Assembly: GCA_035544735.1 (NCBI GenBank)
Contig: DATKCD010000035.1
Coordinates: 31,854-95,853 of the forward strand
DNA from: Thermoanaerobaculia bacterium
GTDB taxonomy: Bacteria > Acidobacteriota > Thermoanaerobaculia > Gp7-AA8
Length of the DNA: 64,000 nt
Direction of reading: 5' to 3'
Part shown: positions 18,352 to 27,265 of the stretch, one piece after another
How positions within the stretch are numbered: position 1 is the first letter of the stretch
How the letters are laid out: each line of letters opens with the position of its first letter
Notes under the pieces: model-generated
Told to the model about the DNA's origin: nothing
The model's database searches: none
What the model saw: only the letters and a program-made list of their open reading frames with translations
Program-made: the position numbers and the translations under genes

Positions 18352-19812
18352 ATGGCACTCGAACAAAAGCTCCATCTGAAGCTTTCGCAGAAGCTGATCA
18401 TGACGCCTTCGCTGCAGCAGGCGATCAAGCTGCTGCAGTTGAGCAAGCTCGAGCTTCAGGAGGTTCTCAATCAGGAGCTGCTCGAGAATCCGCTGCTCGA
18501 CGAGGCGCAGGAGCAGGAAGAGACGAAGGCCGAAGAAGCAGAATCCGAGGACGCCAAGGAGCAGGAGAAGAAGGCCGAGGAGGAAAAGAAGGAGGAGGAG
18601 CAGAAGGCCGAGGAAAAGGACTCGTTCGACGAGATCGACTACGACGCCTACTTCCAGGACTACATCGAGTACGGGTACAACCCCCGGATGTCGGAGGAGT
18701 ACGAGGAGTTCCCGATCGAGAACACGCTGACGCGTCCGCCGGACCTGACGGACCATCTGAGCTGGCAGCTCTCGATGTCGGACGCCTCGCCGGAGATCAA
18801 GGAAGTGGCGACGTTCCTGATCGGAAACATCGACGAGGACGGCTACCTCCGGGCGACGGAGGAGGAGATCGGGGAAGGGACCGGAGCGACCGGCGAGGAG
18901 ATCGGGGAGGCGCTGGGCCTGCTTCAGACGTTCGATCCGATCGGGGTGGGGGCGAGGGACCTGCGGGAGTGTCTGCTTCTGCAGCTCGCGCAGCTCGAGC
19001 TCGACGATCCGCTGGCCGAGAGGGTCATCAGCGAGCAGTGGGACATGGTGATGAACCGTCACTTCGTCCAGCTCGCGAAGCTGCTCGGGATCGAGCTCAA
19101 GCAGCTCGAGGGCGTCATCGAAGTGATCAAGAGCCTCGATCCGAAGCCGGGCCGGAAATACAGCAACGAGCGGGCGATCTACGTCGAGCCCGACGTGTAC
19201 ATCCACAAGATCGGCGACGAGTACATCATCCAGCTCAACGAGGACGGCATGCCGAAGCTGCGCATCAACGGCAGTTATCGCCAGATGCTGCATTCGATGG
19301 ACTCCAAGAAGGACGGAGAGACCGTCAACTACATCAAGGAGAAGATCCGCTCGGCGGTCTGGCTCATCAAGTCGCTCGACCAGCGCCAGCGGACCATCTA
19401 CAAGGTCGCCGAATCGATCGTCAAGCATCAGCGCGAGTTTCTCGACAAGGGCATCGACTTTCTCCGCCCCCTGGTCCTGCGCGACGTCGCCGACGACATC
19501 CAGATGCACGAGTCGACCGTCTCCCGCGTCGTCTCCAACAAATACATGCACACCCCCCGCGGCCTCTTTCTGATGAAGTACTTCTTCCACAGTGGAATCG
19601 ACTCCGACTTCGGCGGCGACATCTCCAGCCTCACCGTCAAGCGCAAGATTCAGGCGTACATCACCGAGGAGGATCCCCGCAAGCCCCTTTCCGACTCCAA
19701 GATCATGAAGATCCTCAACGACGAGGGGATCAACATCGCGCGCAGGACCGTCGCCAAGTACCGCGACGAGCTCAATATCCCGTCCTCCACGGATCGCAAG
19801 CAGATTTTCTGA
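18352..19812 (+). CDS. rpoN: RNA polymerase sigma-54 factor
   Basis: The N-terminal region I MALEQKLHLKLSQKLIMTPSLQQAIKLLQLS, an acidic region II and the C-terminal RpoN box ARRTVAKYR are present. Confidence 0.95.
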   Translation: MALEQKLHLKLSQKLIMTPSLQQAIKLLQLSKLELQEVLNQELLENPLLDEAQEQEETKAEEAESEDAKEQEKKAEEEKKEEEQKAEEKDSFDEIDYDAYFQDYIEYGYNPRMSEEYEEFPIENTLTRPPDLTDHLSWQLSMSDASPEIKEVATFLIGNIDEDGYLRATEEEIGEGTGATGEEIGEALGLLQTFDPIGVGARDLRECLLLQLAQLELDDPLAERVISEQWDMVMNRHFVQLAKLLGIELKQLEGVIEVIKSLDPKPGRKYSNERAIYVEPDVYIHKIGDEYIIQLNEDGMPKLRINGSYRQMLHSMDSKKDGETVNYIKEKIRSAVWLIKSLDQRQRTIYKVAESIVKHQREFLDKGIDFLRPLVLRDVADDIQMHESTVSRVVSNKYMHTPRGLFLMKYFFHSGIDSDFGGDISSLTVKRKIQAYITEEDPRKPLSDSKIMKILNDEGINIARRTVAKYRDELNIPSSTDRKQIF

Positions 19813-19835
19813 GCCCCCGGGCAGGAGGAGCAGAC

Positions 19836-20387
19836 ATGAACATCGAGATCTCAGGCCGCAACTACGAAGTGCCCGACCGGATCCGCGAGCTCATCCTCAA
19901 GAGACTCGATAAAGTCACGCGCTTCTTCGAAGACGTCATCGAGATCCGTTGCGTCCTGAACGTCGAGAAACACCGGAACATCTGCGAGATGATCATCATC
20001 GGCAAGAACCAGGACGTGAAGTCGATCCAGGAAGCGGACACGATGGAGGATGCCATCACCACCACGATCGACCACCTCAAGACCCAGGCGACGAAGAATC
20101 GCAAGAAGATCACCGATCATCGGAAGAAGGGGAGCACGCAGCCGGCGGGCCGGACGGCCGGCTCGGGCGAGCGGTCCGATCGCAGCTCCACCGACCGCAA
20201 GACCGCCCCCCGAATCATCCGGCAGACCGCCCTTCCGATCCGCCCCATGTCGGTCGAGCAGGCCGCGATCACCCTCGACGACTCCAGAAACGAGTTCATC
20301 GTCTTCCGCGATCTCGACACCGACAAGGTGACGGTCATCTACCGGCGGCGGGACAACGACTTCGGGCTCATCGCTCCCGAGTTCTGA
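19836..20387 (+). CDS. hpf: Ribosome hibernation promoting factor, long form
   Basis: The N-terminus MNIEISGRNYEVPDRIRELI matches HPF. A C-terminal extension is present, as in long HPF. The RBS GGAGGAG lies 6 nt upstream of the ATG. The gene is in the conserved position after rpoN. Confidence 0.85.
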   Translation: MNIEISGRNYEVPDRIRELILKRLDKVTRFFEDVIEIRCVLNVEKHRNICEMIIIGKNQDVKSIQEADTMEDAITTTIDHLKTQATKNRKKITDHRKKGSTQPAGRTAGSGERSDRSSTDRKTAPRIIRQTALPIRPMSVEQAAITLDDSRNEFIVFRDLDTDKVTVIYRRRDNDFGLIAPEF

Positions 20388-20455
20388 TCGCACGGCGGCC
20401 GCGCGCACGGACCGGCTCCCGGAAACGGCTACAATAGGCCGCTGGTTGCGGCCTC

Positions 20456-21559
20456 ATGAACCAGGAAGACTTCGTTCAGGCCCCCGTTCAGATCCTGCTC
20501 TCCCCCGAGCTCGAAGACCTCCACCTCGAGCTCGTGACGGGAGGAGACGGGCTGGACCGCACCATCCTCCGCCCGCGTATCCAGAAGCCGGGTCTCGCCT
20601 TCGCCGGATATTACGAGTACATCAAGCCGGGGCGGGTGCAGATCATCGGGGAGTCGGAGACGAAGTATCTCCAGGGCCTGCCGGCCCGGCTGCGGGAGAA
20701 GCGTATTCGCGACGTGGCCGGTCTCGACGTGGCGTGTTTCATCGTGACCAAGGGGATGCCTCCGCTGCAGGAGCTCATCCACGAATCGGAGAACCGCTCG
20801 GTGCCGCTGTTCGCCACGTCCGCGCTGACGTCCCACACGATCACGCGGATCACGTACTTCCTCGAGGAGTCGATGGCCCCGCACATCACGCTGCACGCGG
20901 GGCTGCTCGACGTCTACGGGATCGGCGTTCTGCTGATCGGCGACAGCGGCATCGGTAAGAGCGAGTGCGCGCTCGATCTGGTGTATCGGGGACATCGGCT
21001 CATCGCGGACGACATGGTGATCGTCCGGCGGCATCCGAACGACGTGCTCCTCGGCTACGCCTCGGAGATTCTTCCGCACCACATGGAGCTCCGCGGCATC
21101 GGGATCGTCAACATCAAGGATCTGTTCGGCGTCTCGTCGACGCGCGACATCAAACCGATCGACATCGTGGTCAAGCTCGAGAAGTGGATCGAGGGGACCG
21201 AATACGAGCGCCTCGGCGTGGAAGGGGAGCGCTACGAGTGCCTGGGCGTTTCCAAGCCGCTGGTCCGTCTTCCGGTCGCTTCGGGGCGCAACCTCGCCCT
21301 GCTGGTCGAGGTCGCCGCCCGCAATCATCTGCTCAAGCTCCAGGGATACCATTCGGCCGAGAATTTCGCGCGGCAGCTCGACGAGTACCTCGCGCGCAAA
21401 GCGGCGGACGTCATCGAAGTCGAGCCCGAGCTCCCACCGCCGGGGGACGCGGCGGCGGCCACCTCGCAGCTCCGCAGCCTCAAGAGCCGCGAGCTGATGA
21501 TGCGCCAGAAGAACCTCGAGATCGACCACGCCCGCCGCCGGGGACGCGGAAACAAATGA
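20456..21559 (+). CDS. hprK: HPr kinase/phosphorylase
   Basis: The P-loop GDSGIGKSE is present, together with the signature motif L.GIGI.NI..LFG. Confidence 0.9.
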   Translation: MNQEDFVQAPVQILLSPELEDLHLELVTGGDGLDRTILRPRIQKPGLAFAGYYEYIKPGRVQIIGESETKYLQGLPARLREKRIRDVAGLDVACFIVTKGMPPLQELIHESENRSVPLFATSALTSHTITRITYFLEESMAPHITLHAGLLDVYGIGVLLIGDSGIGKSECALDLVYRGHRLIADDMVIVRRHPNDVLLGYASEILPHHMELRGIGIVNIKDLFGVSSTRDIKPIDIVVKLEKWIEGTEYERLGVEGERYECLGVSKPLVRLPVASGRNLALLVEVAARNHLLKLQGYHSAENFARQLDEYLARKAADVIEVEPELPPPGDAAAATSQLRSLKSRELMMRQKNLEIDHARRRGRGNK

Positions 21560-22416
21560 GTCCGGAGTATCTGGTCGTCATCACCGGCCTGTCCGGCGCC
21601 GGCAAGAGCTACGCGCACAGCACCCTCGAGGACCTCGGGTTCTACTGCACCGACAACCTCCCCGTGCACATGATCGACTCGCTCATCGAGCACGTCACGC
21701 GCGAGGGGTATACCCGGATCGGAATCGTCGTGGACGTCCGGACCCCGGGATTCGCCGAGGACTTCCCCACGATCTATCGGGAACGGATCAAGAGAGCGAA
21801 TCCCGAGGCGATGCTCATCTTTCTGGAGGCCTCGAACGAGGTGCTCGCGCGCCGCTTCTCCGAGACCCGACGCCCGCACCCGTACGACCCCGAGCTTCCG
21901 ATGACCGAAGCCATCGAGTCGGAGCGCCGGACGCTCGACGACGTCAAGGCGATGGCCGACATGGTTCTCGACACCTCCCAGTTCTCGGTCCACGAGCTCA
22001 AGGCCGAGGTCATACGCCGCTTCGGCCTTTCGGGCTACGAGCGCGAGATGCTCATCAACATCGTCACGTTCGGCTACAAGTACGTCCTTCCCTACAATCT
22101 CGACCTGATGTTCGACGTCCGCTTTCTGCCGAACCCTCATTTCGTCGACGAGCTTCGCCCGAAGACGGGCCTCGATCTCGAGATCATCGAGTATCTCGAG
22201 GCGCAGCCGGAGTACCGCGAGTTCGTCGACCGGCTCTCCGATTTCCTGCTCTACGTCGTGCCTCGGTACGAGAAGGAGATGAAGAGCTATCTGACCATCG
22301 GCATCGGCTGCACGGGGGGAAGGCACCGCTCGGTCGCGGTCGGCGAGCGCCTGAGGCGAGCTCTCGGCGACGCCGGATATTCGGTCGAGGTCACCCACCG
22401 CGACTGCAACCGCTAG
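21556..22416 (+). CDS. rapZ: RNase adapter protein RapZ (YhbJ family, P-loop NTPase)
   Basis: The P-loop ITGLSGAGKS and the C-terminal motif GCTGGRHRSV are present. The start overlaps the hprK stop (ATGA). Confidence 0.9.
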   Translation: MSPEYLVVITGLSGAGKSYAHSTLEDLGFYCTDNLPVHMIDSLIEHVTREGYTRIGIVVDVRTPGFAEDFPTIYRERIKRANPEAMLIFLEASNEVLARRFSETRRPHPYDPELPMTEAIESERRTLDDVKAMADMVLDTSQFSVHELKAEVIRRFGLSGYEREMLINIVTFGYKYVLPYNLDLMFDVRFLPNPHFVDELRPKTGLDLEIIEYLEAQPEYREFVDRLSDFLLYVVPRYEKEMKSYLTIGIGCTGGRHRSVAVGERLRRALGDAGYSVEVTHRDCNR

Positions 22417-22469
22417 GTTCACGCCGCCGGCGCCGGCCGGCGGGTTCCGTCGCTTGGCAAGCTCTTCGA

Positions 22470-23837
22470 ATGTCGAAGGAGCTCCTGATGCGCGCCCGGA
22501 TCCTCCAGCTGCTCGAGTCGCTGCGAACGAGCCTATGGTTCGTTCCGACGTTCATGATGAGCGCCGCGACGGCTCTCGCGTTCGGGCTCCCCCGTTTCGA
22601 CCGCGACTACGTCGACACGGACGGGCTGCTCGGTCCCTGGGTTTACGGAGGAGGACCGGAGGGAGCGCGGCAGGTGCTCTCGACCATCGCCGGGTCGATG
22701 ATCACGGTTGCCGGCGTGGTCTTTTCGGTCACGATCGTCGCGCTCTCGCTCGCTTCGCAGCAGTTCGGGCCGCGGATGCTGCGCAATTTCATGACTGACC
22801 GCGGAACGCAGGTCGTCCTCGGCACTTTCACGTCGCTGTTCCTCTACTGCATTCTGGTCGCTCGGACGATCCGGAGCGGAGACGAATCGGCGAGGGTTCC
22901 GCATCTGTCGATCACCGTGGCGGTTCTGCTCGCGGCGATCGCCCTTCTGGTCCTGGTCTATTTCATCCATCACGTGTCGCGGTCGATTCAGGCCGATTCG
23001 ATCATCAGCCGGGTCGGGCGGGAGCTCGATGCCGCGATCGATCAGGCGCACGCCGAAGCGGGGGAATCGGCGCGGGGAGACGAACCGCTGCCGGATCGGG
23101 GTTGGGTTCCAGTCGAGGCGCGAGCGACCGGATACGTTCAGGCGATCGATTCGTGGCAGATCGTCCGGGAGGCGTTCGCGAGAGGGGCGGTGGTGCGGTT
23201 CCGCCGCGCCCCGGGAGAGTTCGTGTTCGACCGCGCGTCGCTCGCCGACGCCACGCCGGTCGAAGCGGTCGGGGATGGGGAGTGGATCCGGGCCGCCGTC
23301 GCGGTCGGACCGATCCGCACGCCGACGCAGGACCTCGAGTTCTCGGTCTCCCGGCTGGTCGAGATGGCGCTGCGCGCCCTCTCCCCCTCGCTCAACGACC
23401 CGTTCACCGCCGATGCCTGCATCGACCGCCTCGCCTCCGGCTTCGCGCGGGCCGCCGAGGGCGACCTTCCGACGGGAAGGTTCACCGATGGGGAAGGGAC
23501 GCTTCGCCTCGTCGTCCCGCTGACCAGTCTCGAGCGGATCGCCGACGCCTCGTTTCATCCGATCCGGCAGGCCTCGGCCCGCCTTCCGGCGGTCGCCCTG
23601 CACCTGCTGTCCAGACTCGCCCAGGTCATCCGCGCGACCTCGAGCGAGCCGGGACGACAGCTCCTTCTCCGACACGCGGTGCTGGTCCGCCGCAGCCTCG
23701 AGAGCTCCGGCCTCGACCCGGCCGATCTCGAGGCGATCGACGGGCGATTCCGCGACGTCCTCGAGGCGATGGCCGCCGAGCCCGAATCGCCGCCCGGCGA
23801 ACCGCTGTCGGAACGCATCATGAACAGCGGGAGTTGA
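22470..23837 (+). CDS. DUF2254 domain membrane protein
   Basis: Four N-terminal TM helices are followed by a large soluble domain. The layout and the N-terminal motif LWFVP..M are typical of the DUF2254 family. Confidence 0.6.
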   Translation: MSKELLMRARILQLLESLRTSLWFVPTFMMSAATALAFGLPRFDRDYVDTDGLLGPWVYGGGPEGARQVLSTIAGSMITVAGVVFSVTIVALSLASQQFGPRMLRNFMTDRGTQVVLGTFTSLFLYCILVARTIRSGDESARVPHLSITVAVLLAAIALLVLVYFIHHVSRSIQADSIISRVGRELDAAIDQAHAEAGESARGDEPLPDRGWVPVEARATGYVQAIDSWQIVREAFARGAVVRFRRAPGEFVFDRASLADATPVEAVGDGEWIRAAVAVGPIRTPTQDLEFSVSRLVEMALRALSPSLNDPFTADACIDRLASGFARAAEGDLPTGRFTDGEGTLRLVVPLTSLERIADASFHPIRQASARLPAVALHLLSRLAQVIRATSSEPGRQLLLRHAVLVRRSLESSGLDPADLEAIDGRFRDVLEAMAAEPESPPGEPLSERIMNSGS

Positions 23838-23868
23838 GGCTAATTTTGGTAGCAGCCGACCCGTTCCT

Positions 23869-23896
23869 CCCGACTCGCCAACGGTCCGCGAGTCGG
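23869..23896 (+). terminator. Possible factor-independent terminator hairpin after the DUF2254 gene
   Basis: The stem is CCCGACTCGC / GCGAGTCGG with a 9-nt loop, about 30 nt after the stop. There is no U-tract, which is common in high-GC genomes. Confidence 0.25.
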
Positions 23897-24040
23897 CCTC
23901 GGTGGCGGCGCCGGGGAGGGGAGGGGGGAGGGGTGGGGCGCGAATGGCCTAACCCATTCGGATGTTAGAATTTGCGGTTTGTCGGCCGGGTCACCCGGCG
24001 CGGAGCGCCGCGCGCGTTCCGCCGAGGAGGTTCACCCATC

Positions 24041-24484
24041 TTGATCGGCGGTCTGATCGTCACTCATGGAAGGCTCGCGTACGAGTTGCTGCATGCCGCG
24101 GAGACCATCGAGGGAGAGCTGGCTGGAATCGAGGCCGTTCCTCTGGAGTGGACCGAGACGGTGGAGCAGGCGCGGGAGAAGATCCGTCAGGCTCTCGAGC
24201 GGATCGGTCGCGAATGCGGAGTCATCATCTTCACGGACATGTTCGGTGGCACGCCGAGCAACATCTCGCTCTCGTTCCTGGAGAAGGATCGGGTGGAGAT
24301 CGTGACGGGCGTGAACCTTCCGATGATCATGAAGTTCGTATCGCTCAAGGATGGGGCGGGGGACCTTTCCGAGGCGGCGCATCTGATCCGGGAGAAGGGG
24401 TCGAAGTCGATCCGCGTGGCCTCGGACCTGCTGGCGATGGAGGATCGGAACGACGGGGAGGAACGTGATCAGCAGGGAGATTGA
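24041..24484 (+). CDS. PTS EIIA component, mannose/fructose family
   Basis: The sequence LIVTHGRLAYELL...IIFTDMFGGTP...VTGVNLPM has the EIIA-Man fold signature. A TTG start with the RBS GAGGAGG 10 nt upstream is proposed. The upstream part of ORF 23972.. has no RBS. Confidence 0.7.
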   Translation: MIGGLIVTHGRLAYELLHAAETIEGELAGIEAVPLEWTETVEQAREKIRQALERIGRECGVIIFTDMFGGTPSNISLSFLEKDRVEIVTGVNLPMIMKFVSLKDGAGDLSEAAHLIREKGSKSIRVASDLLAMEDRNDGEERDQQGD

Positions 24485-24734
24485 GATCCGGAACAAGCTC
24501 GGGCTCCACGCCCGGGCGGCTGCGAAGCTGGTTCACGCCGCGGCGCGGTTCAAGAGCGACATCAAGGTTCGGAAAGGGAGCGACCAGGTCGACGCGAAGA
24601 GCATTCTCGGGATCCTGCTGCTGGCGGCGGGGCAGGGGACGAAGATCACGGTGACGGCTTCGGGGGAAGACGAGACCGAGGCGGTGGAGTCGATCGAGAG
24701 TCTGATCGACTCGAAATTCGACGAATCGGAGTAG
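24465..24734 (+). CDS. ptsH: Phosphocarrier protein HPr
   Basis: The active-site region GLHARAAAKLV with His15 is present, as is the regulatory Ser46 region KGSDQVDAKSILGILLL. A GTG start is proposed. Confidence 0.85.
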   Translation: MISREIEIRNKLGLHARAAAKLVHAAARFKSDIKVRKGSDQVDAKSILGILLLAAGQGTKITVTASGEDETEAVESIESLIDSKFDESE

Positions 24735-26540
24735 ATGGTGCTGGTTCCGAAACAGCGTAAGTCGTCCCGCGACGTCCGGAGCGAGATCCGGACGTACAAG
24801 GGGATCGGCGTGTCGCCGGGGATCGCGATCGGCCATGCGCTGATCGTGGAGAAGCTCACCTCGGTGTTCCGGGTTCCGATCAAGGAGGACGACGTGCCTC
24901 GGGAAGTCGAGCGATTCGTGGAGGCGCTCGACCGGACCCGAGGCGATCTGTACGAGCTCAAGGACAAGGTGGCGCGCTCGATCGGGGACGAGTATGCGTC
25001 GATCTTCGAGGCGCACGCGATGATCGCCGGCGACCCCGCCTTCGCCGACAAGGTGATCCAGAAGATCGAGCAGGAGCGGGTCAACGCCGAATGGGCCCTG
25101 TTCGAAGTCCAGGAAGAGCTCGAGGCGCGGTTCGAGAGCTTCGAGGACGAGTACCTCCGAGACCGGGGAGAGGACGTCAAGGACGTCGGGATGAGCCTGC
25201 TGAAGAACCTGCACGGTCTCTCGCACCACGATCTGTCCGAGATCGACCACGACGTGGTGATGCTCGCCGACGACCTCACGCCCTCGGACGCGATTCACTT
25301 CAACCGCAAGCCGATCGTCGGCTTCGCCACCGAGAGCGGCGGCCGGACTTCGCACACGTCCATCATCGCGAAGTCGCTGTTCCTTCCCGCCGTGATCGGC
25401 GTGCCCCGCCTGACCGAGGTCATCGACAACGAGGAGCTCGTGATCGTCGACGGCTACGAAGGCACGCTGGTGGTCAATCCGACGCCCGCGCTGATCGAGG
25501 AATACCGGAGCAAGGTGACCCGCCACGAGGAGTACGAGAAGCGTCTGCTCGAGAATCGGGACATCCCGGCGGTCACGCGCGACGGGCGGAAGGTCGCGCT
25601 GCAGGCGAACATCGAGCTGCTCGAAGAGCTGGACGACGCGAGAAAATACGGCGCGGAGGGGATCGGGCTCTACCGCTCCGAGTTTCTCTACATTTCGAAG
25701 AGCCCCGCTCTGCCGACCGAAGAGGAGCACTTCGAGATGTACCGCAGGATCGCCGAAAAGGTCAGTCCCGAGTGGGCCGTGATCCGCACGTTCGACCTGG
25801 GCGGCAAGAAGCTGGCCCGCGAGGTGATGGGCTCGCGCGAGGACAACCCCGTGCTCGGTCTGCGGGCGCTGCGGCTCTGCATGAGGCACCGCGACATGTT
25901 CCGGACTCAGCTCCGCGCACTGCTCCGCGCCTCGGCCCACGGCAGGATCAAGATCATGTTCCCCCTCGTGTCGGGGATCCAGGAGCTCCGGCAGGCCAAA
26001 TCATTCCTGCGCGAGATCCGCAACGAGCTGGATGCCGAGGGGATCGAATACAACCGCGAGCTCGAGGTCGGAATCATGATCGAGGTCCCCTCGGCGGCGA
26101 TGACGGCCGACATCCTGGCGACCGAGGCCGACTTCTTCGCCATCGGCACGAACGACCTCATCCAGTACGCCCTCGCGATCGACCGCTCGAACGAGAACGT
26201 GAACTACCTCTACGAGCCGCTCCATCCCGCGATCCTGCGCCTGATCAAGTTCGTCATCGACTCGGCACGCGATGCCGGAATCCCCGTCTCGATGTGCGGC
26301 GAGATGGCCGCCGATCCGCTCTACGCCGTCGTCCTGGTCGGGCTGGGGCTCGAGATCCTCTCGATGAGCCCTTCCTCCATCCCGATGATGAAGGAAGTCA
26401 TCCGATCGGTCCGCCACCGCGACTGCCGGCGCATCGCCGCCCAGGCCCTCCAGAAGAGGACCGCGCAGGAGATCGAGGAGTTCGTGATCGAGAGCGTCGC
26501 CATGCGTCTCCCCAGCGGATTCGCCACGCGCACCTCCTGA
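24735..26540 (+). CDS. ptsI: Phosphoenolpyruvate-protein phosphotransferase (PTS Enzyme I)
   Basis: The phospho-His region GGRTSHTSIIA, the PEP-binding region and the motif RTFDLGGKK are present. Confidence 0.9.
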   Translation: MVLVPKQRKSSRDVRSEIRTYKGIGVSPGIAIGHALIVEKLTSVFRVPIKEDDVPREVERFVEALDRTRGDLYELKDKVARSIGDEYASIFEAHAMIAGDPAFADKVIQKIEQERVNAEWALFEVQEELEARFESFEDEYLRDRGEDVKDVGMSLLKNLHGLSHHDLSEIDHDVVMLADDLTPSDAIHFNRKPIVGFATESGGRTSHTSIIAKSLFLPAVIGVPRLTEVIDNEELVIVDGYEGTLVVNPTPALIEEYRSKVTRHEEYEKRLLENRDIPAVTRDGRKVALQANIELLEELDDARKYGAEGIGLYRSEFLYISKSPALPTEEEHFEMYRRIAEKVSPEWAVIRTFDLGGKKLAREVMGSREDNPVLGLRALRLCMRHRDMFRTQLRALLRASAHGRIKIMFPLVSGIQELRQAKSFLREIRNELDAEGIEYNRELEVGIMIEVPSAAMTADILATEADFFAIGTNDLIQYALAIDRSNENVNYLYEPLHPAILRLIKFVIDSARDAGIPVSMCGEMAADPLYAVVLVGLGLEILSMSPSSIPMMKEVIRSVRHRDCRRIAAQALQKRTAQEIEEFVIESVAMRLPSGFATRTS

Positions 26541-26635
26541 AGGCGCAGGGGGCGCTCGGGCGCCGAAATGACCTCGTGGCCGCTGGTGTTGTCCACCGCA
26601 GGGGCCGAACCGGCTGGTATCATCAGGAGGACCGC

Positions 26636-27265
26636 ATGATGGGACGACTGCTCGCGATCGCGCTGCTGATCCTCTGGGCGGCGACACCGATCGGCGCCGA
26701 CGAGGCGGCCGCGAAATCGAAATCGGATAGCCGGAAGGGCGCTTCGTCCGGGGACGCGAAGAGCGCGTCCGCCGGCGCGAAGGATTCCGCCGCCGGGAAG
26801 GGCGAAGAGGACTCGCCCCTGGTCCAGGCGGCTCGCCGGGGGCGGCTCGCACGCGAGAAGGGCGACAAGTCGCGCGTGGTCATCACCGACGAGACCGTGA
26901 AGCAATCCACCGGACGGGTGACCGTTTTCGAGGGCCAGCCCGGGGAGATCCGACATCAGGCCGAGCCCGCCGACCAGGTCTTCACCCGCATGGCCGCGGA
27001 AAAGAAGGCGAAGGAGCAGGCCGCCGCGGACGCGAAGGCGAAGATCGAGCGGCTCGAGGAGGAGATCGCGCGGCTCGATCGCGACCTCCGCCGCACTCAG
27101 GACGAGTACTTCGACGAAGGGGACCTGAACTATCGCGAGGAAGTCCTTCAGGACCGCTGGAAGGACGCCCGCGACCGACTCGCCGAGAAGCGCGAAGAGC
27201 TCGAGCGCGTACGGCGGGACTACCAGCGGCTGTCGCGCGAGACATCGAACGTCTACAAACCATGA
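26636..27265 (+). CDS. Secreted low-complexity/coiled-coil protein of unknown function
   Basis: The RBS CAGGAGG lies upstream. A signal peptide MMGRLLAIALLILWAATPIGA is followed by a K/S/A/D-rich region and a charged coiled-coil. This is the C-terminal 210 aa of ORF 25091..27265, whose upstream part overlaps ptsI out of frame. Confidence 0.5.
   Translation: MMGRLLAIALLILWAATPIGADEAAAKSKSDSRKGASSGDAKSASAGAKDSAAGKGEEDSPLVQAARRGRLAREKGDKSRVVITDETVKQSTGRVTVFEGQPGEIRHQAEPADQVFTRMAAEKKAKEQAAADAKAKIERLEEEIARLDRDLRRTQDEYFDEGDLNYREEVLQDRWKDARDRLAEKREELERVRRDYQRLSRETSNVYKP

Noticed and set aside
18969-22416. The N-terminal extensions of ORFs 18969..20387 and 20965..22416.
   Set aside because: They overlap rpoN and hprK respectively in alternative frames. 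Canonical hpf and rapZ starts with RBSs lie at 19836 and 21556.
22425-22470. TTGGCAAGCTCTTCGAA upstream of the DUF2254 gene, as a possible sigma-54 promoter.
   Set aside because: The -12 region reads TTCG rather than TTGC, and the spacing is off by one. The evidence is too weak to call.
25091-26635. The 5' part of the 724-aa ORF 25091..27265.
   Set aside because: It overlaps ptsI (strong homology) out of frame and is Arg/Pro/Gly-rich. Only the C-terminal 210 aa, with an RBS and a signal peptide, are retained as a gene.
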